DNA of 62,927 nt, counting the filler, from Gonapodya sp. JEL0774 (Eukaryota): NCBI GenBank assembly GCA_027604505.1. It is 20 parts of 20 records of this genome, joined end to end, with 100 filler letters (N's around TTAATTAATTAA, not from the genome) between each part and the next. Parts side by side here need not be neighbours in the genome. Positions count along the whole stretch, not along the records: positions 9,490 to 12,549 come from JADIIX010001492.1; positions 12,650 to 15,708 come from JADIIX010001493.1; positions 15,809 to 18,863 come from JADIIX010001494.1; positions 18,964 to 22,018 come from JADIIX010001495.1; positions 22,119 to 25,173 come from JADIIX010001496.1; 15 more parts are not named here. The stretch is one strand, 5' to 3'. The position numbers were made by a program, and so were the translations under genes. Positions 11,861-23,911 of this stretch are shown one piece after another. Numbering within the stretch: position 1 is the stretch's first letter; each line of letters starts with the position of its first letter. Below the pieces are notes generated by a model. It was not told the origin of the DNA. It saw nothing but the letters and a program-made list of their open reading frames with translations, and made no database searches.

Positions 11861-12152
11861 GCATCCCCTTTCTGTGTTTTGGGAAACTGTGTGATGAATC
11901 GAATCCGTATCTGTTTCAATCAGATCGAACGTACCCGAATCTGGGAGCGAAATGACGTGTTTTAGCGCCCCATTGAAACATCGGTGGTTTCTGTAGTACG
12001 ATACCAAGATGGAGTATCAATTCAGTACATTACTGTCGAGAACTATGATTGTAGACTATCATACAAATGAATTATGTCTCGGCAAAACAACTTCTGTATT
12101 ACGTACCACGCACTTCAGTCGCTGTGATCTCGCTTTTCCTCATTGCAACCCA

Positions 12153-12549
12153 ATGCTCTTCTGCAGCCTCCTCCTCCACCTCCTCTTCGCCTCCACATCG
12201 CTCGCCCAAGTCGTCAACCCCACCGGTATGTCCCCTCCCTGCCCCGACGTCCCGACTTCCCCTGCATAATTGAAAATTTGTTACTGTGACCCGACTTTGT
12301 CGATTGCGCCCGGCCCCGTGCCACTGGTTTTATAGGATCTTGGGCGGGCGCGACCGTGGCGGTAAAAGAGGACATCACACTGCGGGCGAGGGTTGATATA
12401 GGTGAGTTGGGAGGTGGTTGACGATTTTGGACTCCCAAGTATTTACACACCCCGGCCGCGCAATCCCCCCTGCCGGCACCAAGCCATCCTCATCGTAATC
12501 ATTGGCCTTCCAATTCTGCTCCTTGCCTTTGTGGTGGTCACGACAGGCG
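12153..12549 (+). CDS. 5' end of a secreted protein
   Basis: MLFCSLLLHLLFASTSLAQ is signal-peptide-like and is followed by a GTATGT intron donor. Confidence 0.5.
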
Positions 12550-12649
12550 NNNNNNNNNNNNNNNNNNNNNNNNNNNNNNNNNNNNNNNNNNNNTTAATTA
12601 ATTAANNNNNNNNNNNNNNNNNNNNNNNNNNNNNNNNNNNNNNNNNNNN

Positions 12650-15300
12650 CGCACAAGCTTCACGAGCCAACCGAGCGAGCCAGCCTCGCCGAGTTCGAAA
12701 ATGATGAGAATGGGGATCAAGGTGAGGAAAATTCCAAGGAAGACGATAGCTAGAGTGGTGCCCGCGACCGCTGTGAGCCACAGAGGTTGAGCCCGTTTCA
12801 TAGGACATTCCCCTCACTCACCGACTTCTCGGATAGGGTTCCACGTGAAGTTCTATGAAACAAAACAACAGATCGGTATGTTAGGATAGGCGGAAATGAC
12901 GGTATATCCGCGAACACGGCTCTCCCACTCCCTGTTGGACTGACATTCTCAGCGAATCGAACTTTCGGCGTAAATCTCCATGCGCTGAGTGTCACCGCCA
13001 CCAATATTAAATCACGGGAAAAATCGCAGTAGTACCATTGGCTGAACACAAAGTACGACGGATCAGCTTATTGTGACCCAGCCTTCGAATGCGCATGAGT
13101 AGACGGCTTGACGTACATGATTTCACCATCGTTGGGATTGACCCAGACAGTGAAATAAGCATCAGGGAAAGCCTTTTTAATATAACCTAGTGATGTAGCA
13201 AAGTATGGCTTCTTTCATCCAGGAATAGGTGCTAAGACAAGAACCCACCGGACGCAACCACTGCCGCAATGATCACGAGCAAAAGTGCAAAGTTGAACAA
13301 TCCCGCAACTCTGAGCTGCCGCGCATAATTTTCAGATAAAATTCGACGGGCGTTAGGCAAGAAGGAGCGATAACATAAATGCGTTGACGTTTCGGAGTGT
13401 GTAAGAGCTCGATGAAGCATCGTCTAAGCACACGAGTACACACAGCCTCAATCTGCTTCACTTCCTCTTCTATTACGACGAGTTCTTCTTCCAAAACGTG
13501 TGCAATGTCGTGGACCTCTTCCTCCAACGCGTGTACGATACGATGTGTCTGTCGAGTTACCCGGTGTGATTTGTACTTCTGATGAGAGCGCACCACCAAA
13601 CACTCGAAACGAGACGCACCAAGTTGTTTTGATCATGTGCATCGCCGGCACCGCCGTTGGCGCCAGCCGGTGAATTGTGCAACAAAGGGCCATCTGACGA
13701 GTCGTTGGAAACCAATGTCGGCCATTCGGTGAGAGTGGTCGGGACTGAATTCATCGTCACTCCATTTCCGAGGGAATCTGCCTCGGAGGTTGGTGGTGGT
13801 GATGTGGGGAGGACAGGTTTCTGAGAAATACATCGATTTGGAAATAGAGATTATGAGAGTGAGACATGAATTTCATCCTCTACTCACCTTCGCCTCCGAA
13901 GGTGAGCCCTTAGCAAGTTGCCCCTTGTCTACGACTTCTCCATTGACAGTTGCAGCATTGGCTATGCTGGAGGTTCCCACACCTGCACTCTGTTGTTTTT
14001 GTAAACTACTCAAGTTCATTCAAGTGATCAGATAGACTAAGTCACGCACCATCGTTTTCTCGTCCTTCTTCGCCATATGCTCTATTTCGCCGCCTTCCAT
14101 GTCTCCCGATTCTGCCATCATTTGGCGCCTTTCCCGCCTCCATAAGTACACATCGGTGCAAAAGTATGTAATGAGAACGACTCCCCCGGTGAAGAGGAAC
14201 GGAAAAATGGTGTTTATGAGTGGCCAAAAGAAGTCGACACCTCGAAGAAAACCGAGGAAGACTGGAGGATCTCCAACTGATGGAATTTCGTTGACATCAA
14301 TCGCATGTGTATGTGAAACCAAAATGTGGGGCAAAACGTACTGGGTGTGAGGCAACCTCCAATATTTGAGACTAGGAATATGAAGAACACAACGGTGTGT
14401 ACCCGGTGTTTCCGGTGTGCAATGGAACGGAGAATGGGACGAATCATCTAACGATGAAAGATATTATTGACGGGTCATTGACTTCATTCGCTCTGGCATG
14501 ACCACACCAGCACTGACTACGAGGCAATTCAGGCTCCTCGTAAAACAATACATGGAGGGCATCCGGTGTGTCCATCTTATTAACAAGTTTAATTAAGAAC
14601 TCACCACCATGCTCGCTCCAGTGGTGCCAAAGAAACTGGCGAGAATTGTCCCAGTGAGCAGGAGGACCGCGTTGACTCCGGGTTGCCCCGATAGAGCACC
14701 CCGGACGACGAGGCCGCCAGCAGCGGTGTAGAGTGATGTAATGAGCATGATAAATGGTATGTAGTCGGCGATGAGGCTGTAAATTTGAGGGTCGGGGGGG
14801 TGAGCACGTAGATCGACCTGGCAGTGAATCATGGACATCCGGAGACTCTCCACTCACGCGTGGAGAACTTCCCACAGGGCGAAGAGAAAACCATCTGAAA
14901 AGTGGTCAAAAGTTTGTCAGTGACCCTTTCCAGGTACTGTGCGGGTTGTCCCAATCCACAACTCCGGCTGGCAGTCGAGAATGAGGTTTACTCACATTGA
15001 GCAGCAAAAGGGATGAACTGTACCGCATACAGAAACGAAAACATTTAAGATTTCAAAGTTTCCTTCAGTATTGTACAAAATAGTCATAAGACGGAATTGT
15101 ATAAACCACACTCACGAAAGCTAGGGCCCATAAGGCAGAGAAAACAGGATACCAATGCTCCCAGAAATGCGCGTTGATTAGTGGACCAAGGGCGATGGAC
15201 AGAAGCTGGCCAATGAAGGCTATTCGGGGACGATCGTCGAATGAATCCAAACGATAAAAGAACACCAGTCAGACTCACGGATCACATATCCGATGGGGAG
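12650..15300 (-). CDS. Bacterial-type putative sodium:proton antiporter / citrate transporter (CitMHS_2-like, IT superfamily), intron-containing, 3'-truncated
   Basis: Spliced exons give LLSIALGPLINAHFWEH, DYIPFIMLITSLYTAAGG, ASFFGTTGASM, IRPILR..HTVVFFIFLVSNIGGCLTPIGDPPVFLGFLRGVDFFW and FLGIFLTLIP. The start codon was not located. Confidence 0.85.
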
Positions 15301-15808
15301 GTTACTGGGACGGGCAACATCATTGGTTCATTTTATTGTCAGAGTTTGTTTGGCGATAACGCAAAAGTGGGGCGCTCACGGGAGAAGAGGGCTGAGCTCT
15401 CCGGAACCAGCTCTGGCGGAGAGCGAGACGAGAGAGTCCATGGACAGGGAAAACTCTGGAGTATAAGACCCAAGAGAGGTGCGTTAACAGTGATGATTTG
15501 GATGGTGACGCGGGTGAAGAACGTGCCCACCCGCCCACCAACGCTATGGAGGCCCAACTCCTCACCACAGCCATGATCATTTCATTTCCCTGAACACGTC
15601 AAACAAACTTGACCATAATACAAGTTCAAGTCATATATGATGCTTGTGGCGTGATGGACTCGTTCGCATTGCTTCTTCTAGAAGTCATATCCGCAAGAAT
15701 GTCCTTGTNNNNNNNNNNNNNNNNNNNNNNNNNNNNNNNNNNNNNNNNNNNNTTAATTAATTAANNNNNNNNNNNNNNNNNNNNNNNNNNNNNNNNNNNN
15801 NNNNNNNN

Positions 15809-16225
15809 ACAATCACTCACTTCGAGGTAATGTCCCAAAAATCACTTGAATCAAGACCGCGGATAAAATCTTTAACAATCGCCTGGCTGCTGGCCGGCCA
15901 ATTGCCGTAGAATACTGGATAAATGGTCACAAGGGTACAGTTCGAAGGTCAGATGACCGAGAGGAAGTTGCGGAAATATGGTGATGCACCCACCGATATA
16001 AACTGTAATGTCAGCAATCATGGATCGTCGTCCGGGTGTGTATTGTATTGTCGGACGCACCGGTTTGAGTGCAAAGTACTCGGGAGATCCACCATCCACA
16101 GGGTCCTCGGCGGTCATTGGATGACGACCGACATGAGGATTCTTCGTGATGCCAGCAGCGTGCGATCCAGCGATGAGAATCGCCGCAAACAGAATGGCGG
16201 CACACGAGCTGACTGGGCGGTACAT
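15809..16225 (-). CDS. Secreted phosphate-induced protein 1 (Phi-1/EXORDIUM-like), 5' fragment
   Basis: Signal peptide MYRPVSSCAAILFAAILIAGSHA and exon VFYGNWPASSQAIVKDFIRGLDSSDFWDITSK at about 15821-15915. I could not fully resolve the exon linkage between them. Confidence 0.6.
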
Positions 16226-17166
16226 TCCCTGGGTGACTGCTAGGGATGCGACGATTCCGATTGCTTGAGCGGACGCAAAAGATATCTAGATCCATCGCAT
16301 CCGATCTCATTTAAAGCATTCGGGCAGTGGCGTGTGGGGCGGCCGCCAAGAACATTATTCATCGTCCCTTGAATAGGAAAATTGCAAAATGCAGGGAAAG
16401 GTTCGAGTCCTATAGTCGCCCCGTTGAAAGAGAGTGGTATCCAGCGCGGTCATTCTTCCTTCAACATTGATTCAGAGAGAGTCCCATCTTTGGTTGCACG
16501 CTTACGATGTCAAATGGCGAATTGGAGCTGCTACGAACTGAGCCGGGTTTGAGAATCCGCGGCCTATCTCGACCACTGTGATGGTTCATTTCCTTGAATC
16601 GAATTGGAGGTTGAGCAAAAAAGTACAGAGTGAAGAGGAGATTGGTAAAATACTACCGGCCAAGATTATCCAGCCGGCCCCCTGAACCCCCTCCTCCAGC
16701 TGTGTCAGACCTGGAATTTGATCAGGTATCTGTTGCGGCATACCTGGACTTTGGGTGACACCTAATCTGATTCCCGGTTTGGAACATATTTTGGTTGCTG
16801 TTGGTTGTTGGTACAAGCGTTATAGACCCGCGATTGTTGTCCACTTACTTGTATGACGATGGGGTTCCGCCACGATGGGGTCAAACTCATGCAACAGTCA
16901 CTAATCAAGTCACTGTTCCTGTTCAGGCATGCATTTCGTCTCTTCAGTACATGAAGATCGTGAACCGTGTCTGGGTGTCAACCCTGCGAAGTATTTGGCT
17001 GGTGTGTCAGGTGGACAAACTAATTAAAGGTTACGGTTTCCGTGAAACAATGTGTAAGAAGTCGACTCACAGAGCGGGACAGTGAATATGAGTTTCTTAA
17101 CTGGAAAGGATAGGCAGCAAAAGACGAGCAAGTTCTCTGAATAATAGATGCCTTTGTACATATCTT

Positions 17167-17986
17167 TCACACTGCCTTCAAATACTTCACTATACGTGCA
17201 TTTGTCACCTCCACCCCTCGCTTTCTTTTCAGGCCAGGCTTCGCACCTCCAGCAATTTCTTTGCAGCCTTCCACACCGAGCAGGAACACCTTGCGCTTGA
17301 TTTCTACACTTGAAGAGTCAGTAGCACCGGCGTACCCGCCCAAGCCGTTGGACGCTACGCATCTAGAATGTGAAGCAAATGTAGGAATCTGAGCGGTTCA
17401 ATCACGACAAGGTATCATTCACTCGCCTGTGACACGGGACCACAATAGGCACTGGATTACACCTGTTCGCGTTTCCAACGGCTCTACTGGCGCCAATTGA
17501 GCCGCAGAGATCAGCGAGCTGTGCGTATGTTACAGTTTTGGAGCTGGGAACCGTTCGGAGTGCCGCCCAGACTTTGTGTTGGAAAGTAGTCCCTGGAGGT
17601 GGGGAACGCGGTCATCAGGTCAGCACAGTCAAGAAGACAGTTGCAGACTTTGAGAAAGTTGCACCTGTTAAGGAAAAATCGACGGGGACGCGGTCAAGAG
17701 CTTGTACGTCAGCGCCAGAGAGATGGGATTCCAGGGCATGCACAGTCTGGACCATGATGGGCTGCTTCTCCCCTAATGAGAGTGATGCGCTGATGCTGTT
17801 CGATTTGATCCAGGCAAGCAGCGACTTCAGGGCGAGCGAATCGACATTTTCTTTGGTCGACGCCAGAGATGTGTCGTGAGAGTCGAGAAACTTGACGAGG
17901 CAGAGTCCCTTGCCCGTGGCGGCAAGAAGGAGAGTCCCAATCGGAGAGCGAAAGTGGCGAACTGTGTATGAGATGTCAACGGGCAT
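17167..17986 (-). CDS. MGT1: Methylated-DNA--protein-cysteine methyltransferase (O6-alkylguanine alkyltransferase)
   Basis: SPIGTLLLAATGKGL, FQHKVWAALRTVP..TYAQLA, SRAVGNA, NPVPIVVPCHR active site and LGGY; two introns. Confidence 0.92.
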
Positions 17987-18386
17987 TGCGAGGTTGGATC
18001 AGAGAAATGAGAGGAGTTGAACGGGATATGGGTACCCGACATTTTGCGAAGACAGGAGGATGATCCCCAGTTCTTCCACTTCCGTTTCGATTGCAACAGG
18101 ATGATCAATCCAACGGCGAGAGAAATCCCGTTCCTACAGCTCAAAGAATAGTAAAGAAGCTGAAGGCAGAAAAGTGCCCTGAGTATCATTTATTGTGGAG
18201 GGTGTACGTTATTAGGCATAACAGAAACAGACATCGATCACAAGTTCCTGCCGTGCTCATTTCGTATTACATGCAATAAATTCACGGTACAATCAATCTA
18301 TGATATCGCCTAAACCCGAAACTTCTGAATTGATCCCAACCTTCATGCTCACCAACAGCAGATAAACACCAAGCCATGAGCGTTAT

Positions 18387-18863
18387 CTACTCACTCTTTC
18401 CACCAAATTGAATTCCACCAAGACTAGACGCCAAATTTGAGCCTTGGAAGTTACCAGACGAGTTCCAAGGGGTATCCCAACCGCCGGGTGCGCTTGCAAC
18501 ACTGGGAGGTCTTGTTCCAGGCGCCGATGCTCCGAATCGTGGTGATGGTGGAGGCAGGCTCTGTACGTCACTCGACCACCCTTCCTCGGACAGTCCTCCT
18601 GGATACGCGGACGATGAGGGTGTTTTACTGCCCACTAAGCGGCTCGATCCAGAACCCGACGACGACCCTGCACCGCCCACTGCCCGTTCGGCCTCCCTTT
18701 GGAGGAACGTAACCCACATGTCCGTGAAAGACTCGTTCACTGGACTTGCGGAAATGGGAGTTCGCATCATTTCGTCAAAGGATGATGCGCGAGGGTCGGT
18801 GGGACGACGGCCAAGAGCAGAAGAGGGGGCAAGGTAAGGTCCGCCTCGAGTTCGAGTGAGGCC
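18387..18863 (-). CDS. 3' end of an unidentified low-complexity protein
   Basis: Gly/Ser-rich ORF that appears to run in from the contig edge. Confidence 0.45.
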   Translation of the reverse strand, partial: GLTRTRGGPYLAPSSALGRRPTDPRASSFDEMMRTPISASPVNESFTDMWVTFLQREAERAVGGAGSSSGSGSSRLVGSKTPSSSAYPGGLSEEGWSSDVQSLPPPSPRFGASAPGTRPPSVASAPGGWDTPWNSSGNFQGSNLASSLGGIQFGGKSE

Positions 18864-18963
18864 NNNNNNNNNNNNNNNNNNNNNNNNNNNNNNNNNNNNN
18901 NNNNNNNTTAATTAATTAANNNNNNNNNNNNNNNNNNNNNNNNNNNNNNNNNNNNNNNNNNNN

Positions 18964-21730
18964 ATCGGTGCTGTCCGAGTCTCCGCCGACGACGATGAAT
19001 CGAAGGATGGCTCAGACAAAGAGAGGAAAACTGGTTCTGGCGGAGGAAGCGACGATGGGTTCGCGAAAAAGAGCGGTGCGGGAGGCAGCGTCAAGGGGAA
19101 GAAGGACCCAAAACAGAAGAAAGCTGTGCTGTCTTTTGGAGATGAAGAAGTGAGCGATCAGTCTTTCAAGCGATCTGTTTTACTTTACCGAAGTTGACCT
19201 CAAACACATCAGAATGCCGACACGGAGCCTGAGTTCAAAATCAAAAAGTCCTCTGCTTCTCGGCGATTCGGGCAAAGCGCCGATGTCTTCAAATCGGCGT
19301 TTCCCACTGACGACGGAGCTGCAGAATCGCGTCGTTACGACGCGCAGTCACTTCTTGCTCTCAAGAAAGAGTCAACTGCCGCGCGCCCAACAGGACTCCT
19401 GACTTCTTCCCAGTCCCCTATTCCTGGCTTGCCTTTCCAGCCACCGTCCACAGATGCGATCGATGTGGATTTGATTCCTGATGCAGCAAAGATTTACGCA
19501 GCCCGAAAACTTCGCGAACAGCGCAGGTTGAATCCGGAACAAGCCTCAAGCCGTGGCTCCGCCTCGGATGACTTTGTTCCACTTGACGGACGCTCGGGCG
19601 CCGTTTCTACACACCTGCGGGAGTCTCGATTGGTCACAGAGGATCAGGAGGACGAGGGTGAGGAGGCTTTCGAGGATCATGCTGGTGATACCATCGCATT
19701 CGGGACTAAAGATAAGAAGCGCTTGAGACAGGAACGGAGGGCAGGGATCGTCTCGCACTTGACTGAAGCGCAACAGGATGAAGACGAGGAGGATGAGGAT
19801 TTGGACGAATGGAAACGCGAGCATATCAGGAAAGGAGGAGCGCGTGCTGCATTGGAAGCTCAACAAAAAGAAGATGAAGTGAGTCGACGAGCCGCAGCGA
19901 AGATTTTCACGAGTGAGTACAGGGCTAATTCATATTTTGATGTCGCTGTTCTCATGGTTCCTTGTTCTGGAAGTCCCTGAGCCGATCCCGATCCCCACAC
20001 TCCCATCTATCCTTGCACAACTTCGTACCTCGCTCTCCACCATCCGCACGTCCATCACCTCGAACGAATCCTTCATAGCGCAACTCACCTCCTCCCTCTC
20101 CAATTCCGAATCCACCGTGGTTTCCCTCCAACGGGATTTTGAGCAACTGGGAGACCGATACGCATTCACACAAGAAATGCGCGAGTTTTCCTCAGACTTA
20201 GCTGAATTTCTGGATGAAAAGGTGGCAGAGATTGAGGCAATGGAGGAGGAACTTGCGGGAATAGAAAGAGAAAGGCTGGAGGTAAAGGAAAGTGTGTGGG
20301 CAAAGACCATGGACACAGCATTTTCGAACATCACCACGGCTGGGATTGGTAGGTAGCTTTTGGATGTTTGTGAATGGAAACTCCTGGCTCATGCCACGAA
20401 ATATCTGTTAGTTCGGCCAACACCGTCATCTGCTCCCCTTGGTGAGCTTCTCTCCCTCTTGGACACCCCCCTTCCGGTGGAAATCTCCCAGGACTTAAAC
20501 CGCCGTTTCAGTACGTTAGTCGGTCTCTCCCTGTTCCGGACCACCTCAATGACACCATATCCGTTTGCCTCCAGCCTCCCTCCAAACTCGTCACCGTCAC
20601 ATCTTTGCCGATTCCCTCGCCGAGTTTTCAGATCTCGACTCCGTTCTGGGGCGATTTTCTGCTTGGGGGCAGAAATACCCGGAAGATTTCGCGAGAGGCT
20701 ATGGTGCAGAAAGTTTGCATGGTGTAGTGGATCTTTGGGCACGTTGGGAGACGATGAGGATGGAAATGGATGGTGTGAGTACACTGCAGGTCACTTTTTG
20801 ATTCGTGCGTGAAGTCCCACGTCCTACGGGCATCAGATCGATCCAAACCTCGAATCTACTTCTTGGCACGCCCATCTCTCCAACCTCCACCTTCCTGCTC
20901 TACCCCCCTCTTCATCCAATGTCACTGACGACCAGCCTTCTCTCGTCGCACTGGTGAAAGTCGTCGAGAAGTCCATTGTACCCATCGTTAGAGGCAAGAT
21001 CCAGAGATGGGCAGCTTGGGATCCAAAAGAAGGTAAGGACATCGTGGCTTGGATCATGGCCGTGAGGGAATATGTGAGCGTTACAAGTGAGGCGTATAAG
21101 GTATGGACGCTGTTGGGCGTTCATGATCAAGCTGGCTAGTTCACGTAATATCTGTACCATACCTCCAGTCCGTCTCCACTGCCCTTCTCTCCAGGCTCTC
21201 TCAACTCACAATGGATCTGATGGAGCGGTGTGACTTCGCGAAGTTTCCGATCAAGGCTGATTCCGCTGCGGGGGTGGTGCAGGCGCGAAGTGAGTGGTGG
21301 GATGGAGTTAGTAGAGTGAGTCAGGCTAGGTCTTGAAAATTCCAATCTACATGAGGTCGCTCATATGATGCCCTCTACGGCTCGATAACTGCATGGTCTC
21401 AGTTGCTCTCTGCTGCATTACACGTTCGGAAGTTCCTACCGCCACACGGTGCACGTGAGCTTATCCTCAACAATACCGTCGAAAAGCTCATGTTGCCCTC
21501 GCTTGCCCGATCGGCAACTTATGCAGACGAGCTGCTGCGGATGGAGAAGGTGACTTTGACCTCAGCAGCATACTTGTCATCACAGTGATGACAATTACTA
21601 ATAGTCATTGTCTTCCCAGTTGCTCTCACTACTGCCCCCCGACTGGTGTAAAGGTCTTTTGGAAACCTCACCCCAATTTGCGTCCGTCCTTCGTCATGTC
21701 GAGACTATGAGATCGGATTTTTCACTGTGA
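18964..21730 (+). CDS. GCFC/PAXBP1 (Ntr2-related) spliceosome disassembly factor, 5'-truncated
   Basis: LSFGDEE, IPDAAKIYAARKLRE, DDFVPLD, ESRLVTED, EWKREHIRKG and IFAD..EFSDLDSVLGRFSAW..YPEDF motifs; multiple introns. Confidence 0.82.
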
Positions 21731-22118
21731 GTTCATACCATTAGCTGTAGCTGATTGGCGAACTGAACGGTGCGGTAATGGGTCTTAATAAGGGATGACA
21801 CCACGCGATACGAGAAGATTCGAGCACTGGTGAAATGAGAGGATTCGGTCGTCGGACCCCGATACATAGTCGACAAGGCAAACATTTTGATGACGGGCCA
21901 CCTTTGAAGACGCATTATCCGAGTTTTGTTGACTCACTAGATCCTGTTATATGTAAATACGATGTGATAACTACAAATTAAGAGATCTGTGGTCTGCCGT
22001 GAGGTAGTACCAGCGGCTNNNNNNNNNNNNNNNNNNNNNNNNNNNNNNNNNNNNNNNNNNNNTTAATTAATTAANNNNNNNNNNNNNNNNNNNNNNNNNN
22101 NNNNNNNNNNNNNNNNNN

Positions 22119-22503
22119 GTGCTTCCAAATCGCGCATTGAATGCAGTTATGTTGACACTCTCATCGACTTGTGCCGTTAGCTTCGGATTCCAGAGGGGAG
22201 AGTTTCTGGTGTGTAAGTACATCAATATCACGCTTATACGGAGACAAGGGAGCACAAAACATCCATCTCAATGTACCTGACATCCTTAGTCAGCTTCAAA
22301 ACCGGTCGCGGCGATGTTGTTTTGACTCGTACTGTGGAGCCGTCGGAGAGAACGATTTGTTGGGTGAACAGAGGGGGTCGCCGAAGGACGGCCTGCGAGC
22401 TGATTGTTCGCCCGGTGACCATGGTAGATGAATGGGAAGAAGAGATGGAACGAGCCGCGAGGCAGGATATTCGGGTGGTGTCGCGCAGCGACCCAGAAGA
22501 CAT
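22119..22503 (-). CDS. MRPL36: Mitochondrial ribosomal protein bL31m (yeast Mrpl36-like), 3'-truncated
   Basis: Presequence-like N-terminus, then FTQQIVLSDGST..TTSPRP..KLTKDVRNSPLWNP..FNARFG; one intron. Confidence 0.8.
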
Positions 22504-22574
22504 TTGACTTTTATGTTGGGATCTTTTCCTCGTTCTGCATTTGCAAGCGATCGGCAGGCCATACAAAACTCCCA

Positions 22575-23807
22575 ATGCCCAAAGACGAGAGACGCAACCC
22601 ACGAAAAGACGATAAAAGGGACAAAGATGACGTTAGAGACAGCAAGAAGCGTAGACGAGAAGAGTATGGCGAATCCGGGAAGCTGACCGCGGAAGTGAAA
22701 GGTACGTTTCACGTTTTATCTTGATGCAATACCGTCGAATTCCCACATTGCTGAGTGCCATCACTTTGCGCAAATTGGGGTTTGTCAGAGAAGCTGTCGG
22801 AGGATGACTATTGTACGTTCTCGTATGGTCGGCAGTAAGGTCCATCACCAGTTCAACTTCCATCCCGCGCCGTCAGTCCGGAAGAGTTCAGAGTTCCGCC
22901 TCTGGCTTCAGAAAAAAGTGAGTCATTTCTCGCTTTCTTTCGATCACCCCATGAACCAACATGAAAAATGAAGGGCAAGGAAGCTGACTCGACTAAAGAA
23001 GCACGGAAACTGTTTGTCAAATTTGTCAAGAAGTGGAACGCCGGAGAACTAGACGCCACCTTCTACGGTGGTGTGACACCGGCACAGTCCAGGAAGAACA
23101 CAGGAGAAGGAGCGTGGCATTTCAAGGGGATTACCAAAGAAGGTGAGCACGGCGGCAACCCTGGGGTCATGATCTGAGACGAGCGCCGAATGGGAAATTC
23201 TTATACCCTATTGTAATCTCTCTTGAGCAGAGATAAATCGAACCGTGTCTGAGGTTCAAAACGCAACGGAAGGCTCGGCGCCTTCCGCTTCAGCCACCTC
23301 CACCTCCCGCGACCGCAGCGAACGTCATACAGGCCCCACGTTGTCCGAAGAAGACGACGCGCGGGACCGCTCTCGTGAGGAATATCTTGCCAAGCGACGC
23401 AAGGAAGCGCGAGATACGGAAGCTGCACTTGATATGGTGGCGCCGAAGGAGACGGGGAGGGAAGCTATGTTGTTGAAGAAGGCAGCGAGAAAGAGGGGGA
23501 AGAAAGAGGATGATTATGATGTGGTGTTACCGGATAAGGAGCTGTATGGGGAGGGAGAATCTTTCAAATCCACGTAAGTTTGATGATTGCGTCCTCCTTC
23601 AGTTTGCTCCACCGATCTCACTCTTCTACGCACACTTATAGTGTCGAAATGGAGCGTCGCCGCCTTGAGCGCCGAGAACAAGTCAAGGCTCGGGATCAAC
23701 GGCAGGTTTCCTCGGTGACTGGAGAAAAGCTCCGCCTTCACCAGGAGAAGGAGCAGGCACTCATGGACCAATTTAGGAAGATGGCAGCAGAAAGGTTTGG
23801 CTCTTAA
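22575..23807 (+). CDS. Conserved charged nuclear protein with an SCI1 (stigma/style cell-cycle inhibitor 1)-like core
   Basis: K/R/D-rich N-terminus, LSEDDY, ARKLFVKFVKKWNAGEL...Y, W.FK, and C-terminal LD.VAPKETGREAML.KK and MDQFRKMA.ERFG. Confidence 0.65.
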
Positions 23808-23911
23808 GACGCTGTGTATGGAGCGATCTTGATATACATAGAATCACCAGAACCCGGTGCATTGTTGACCAAAGCGCACAACTTGATAACACAGACCCGA
23901 TTCAGCACGTC

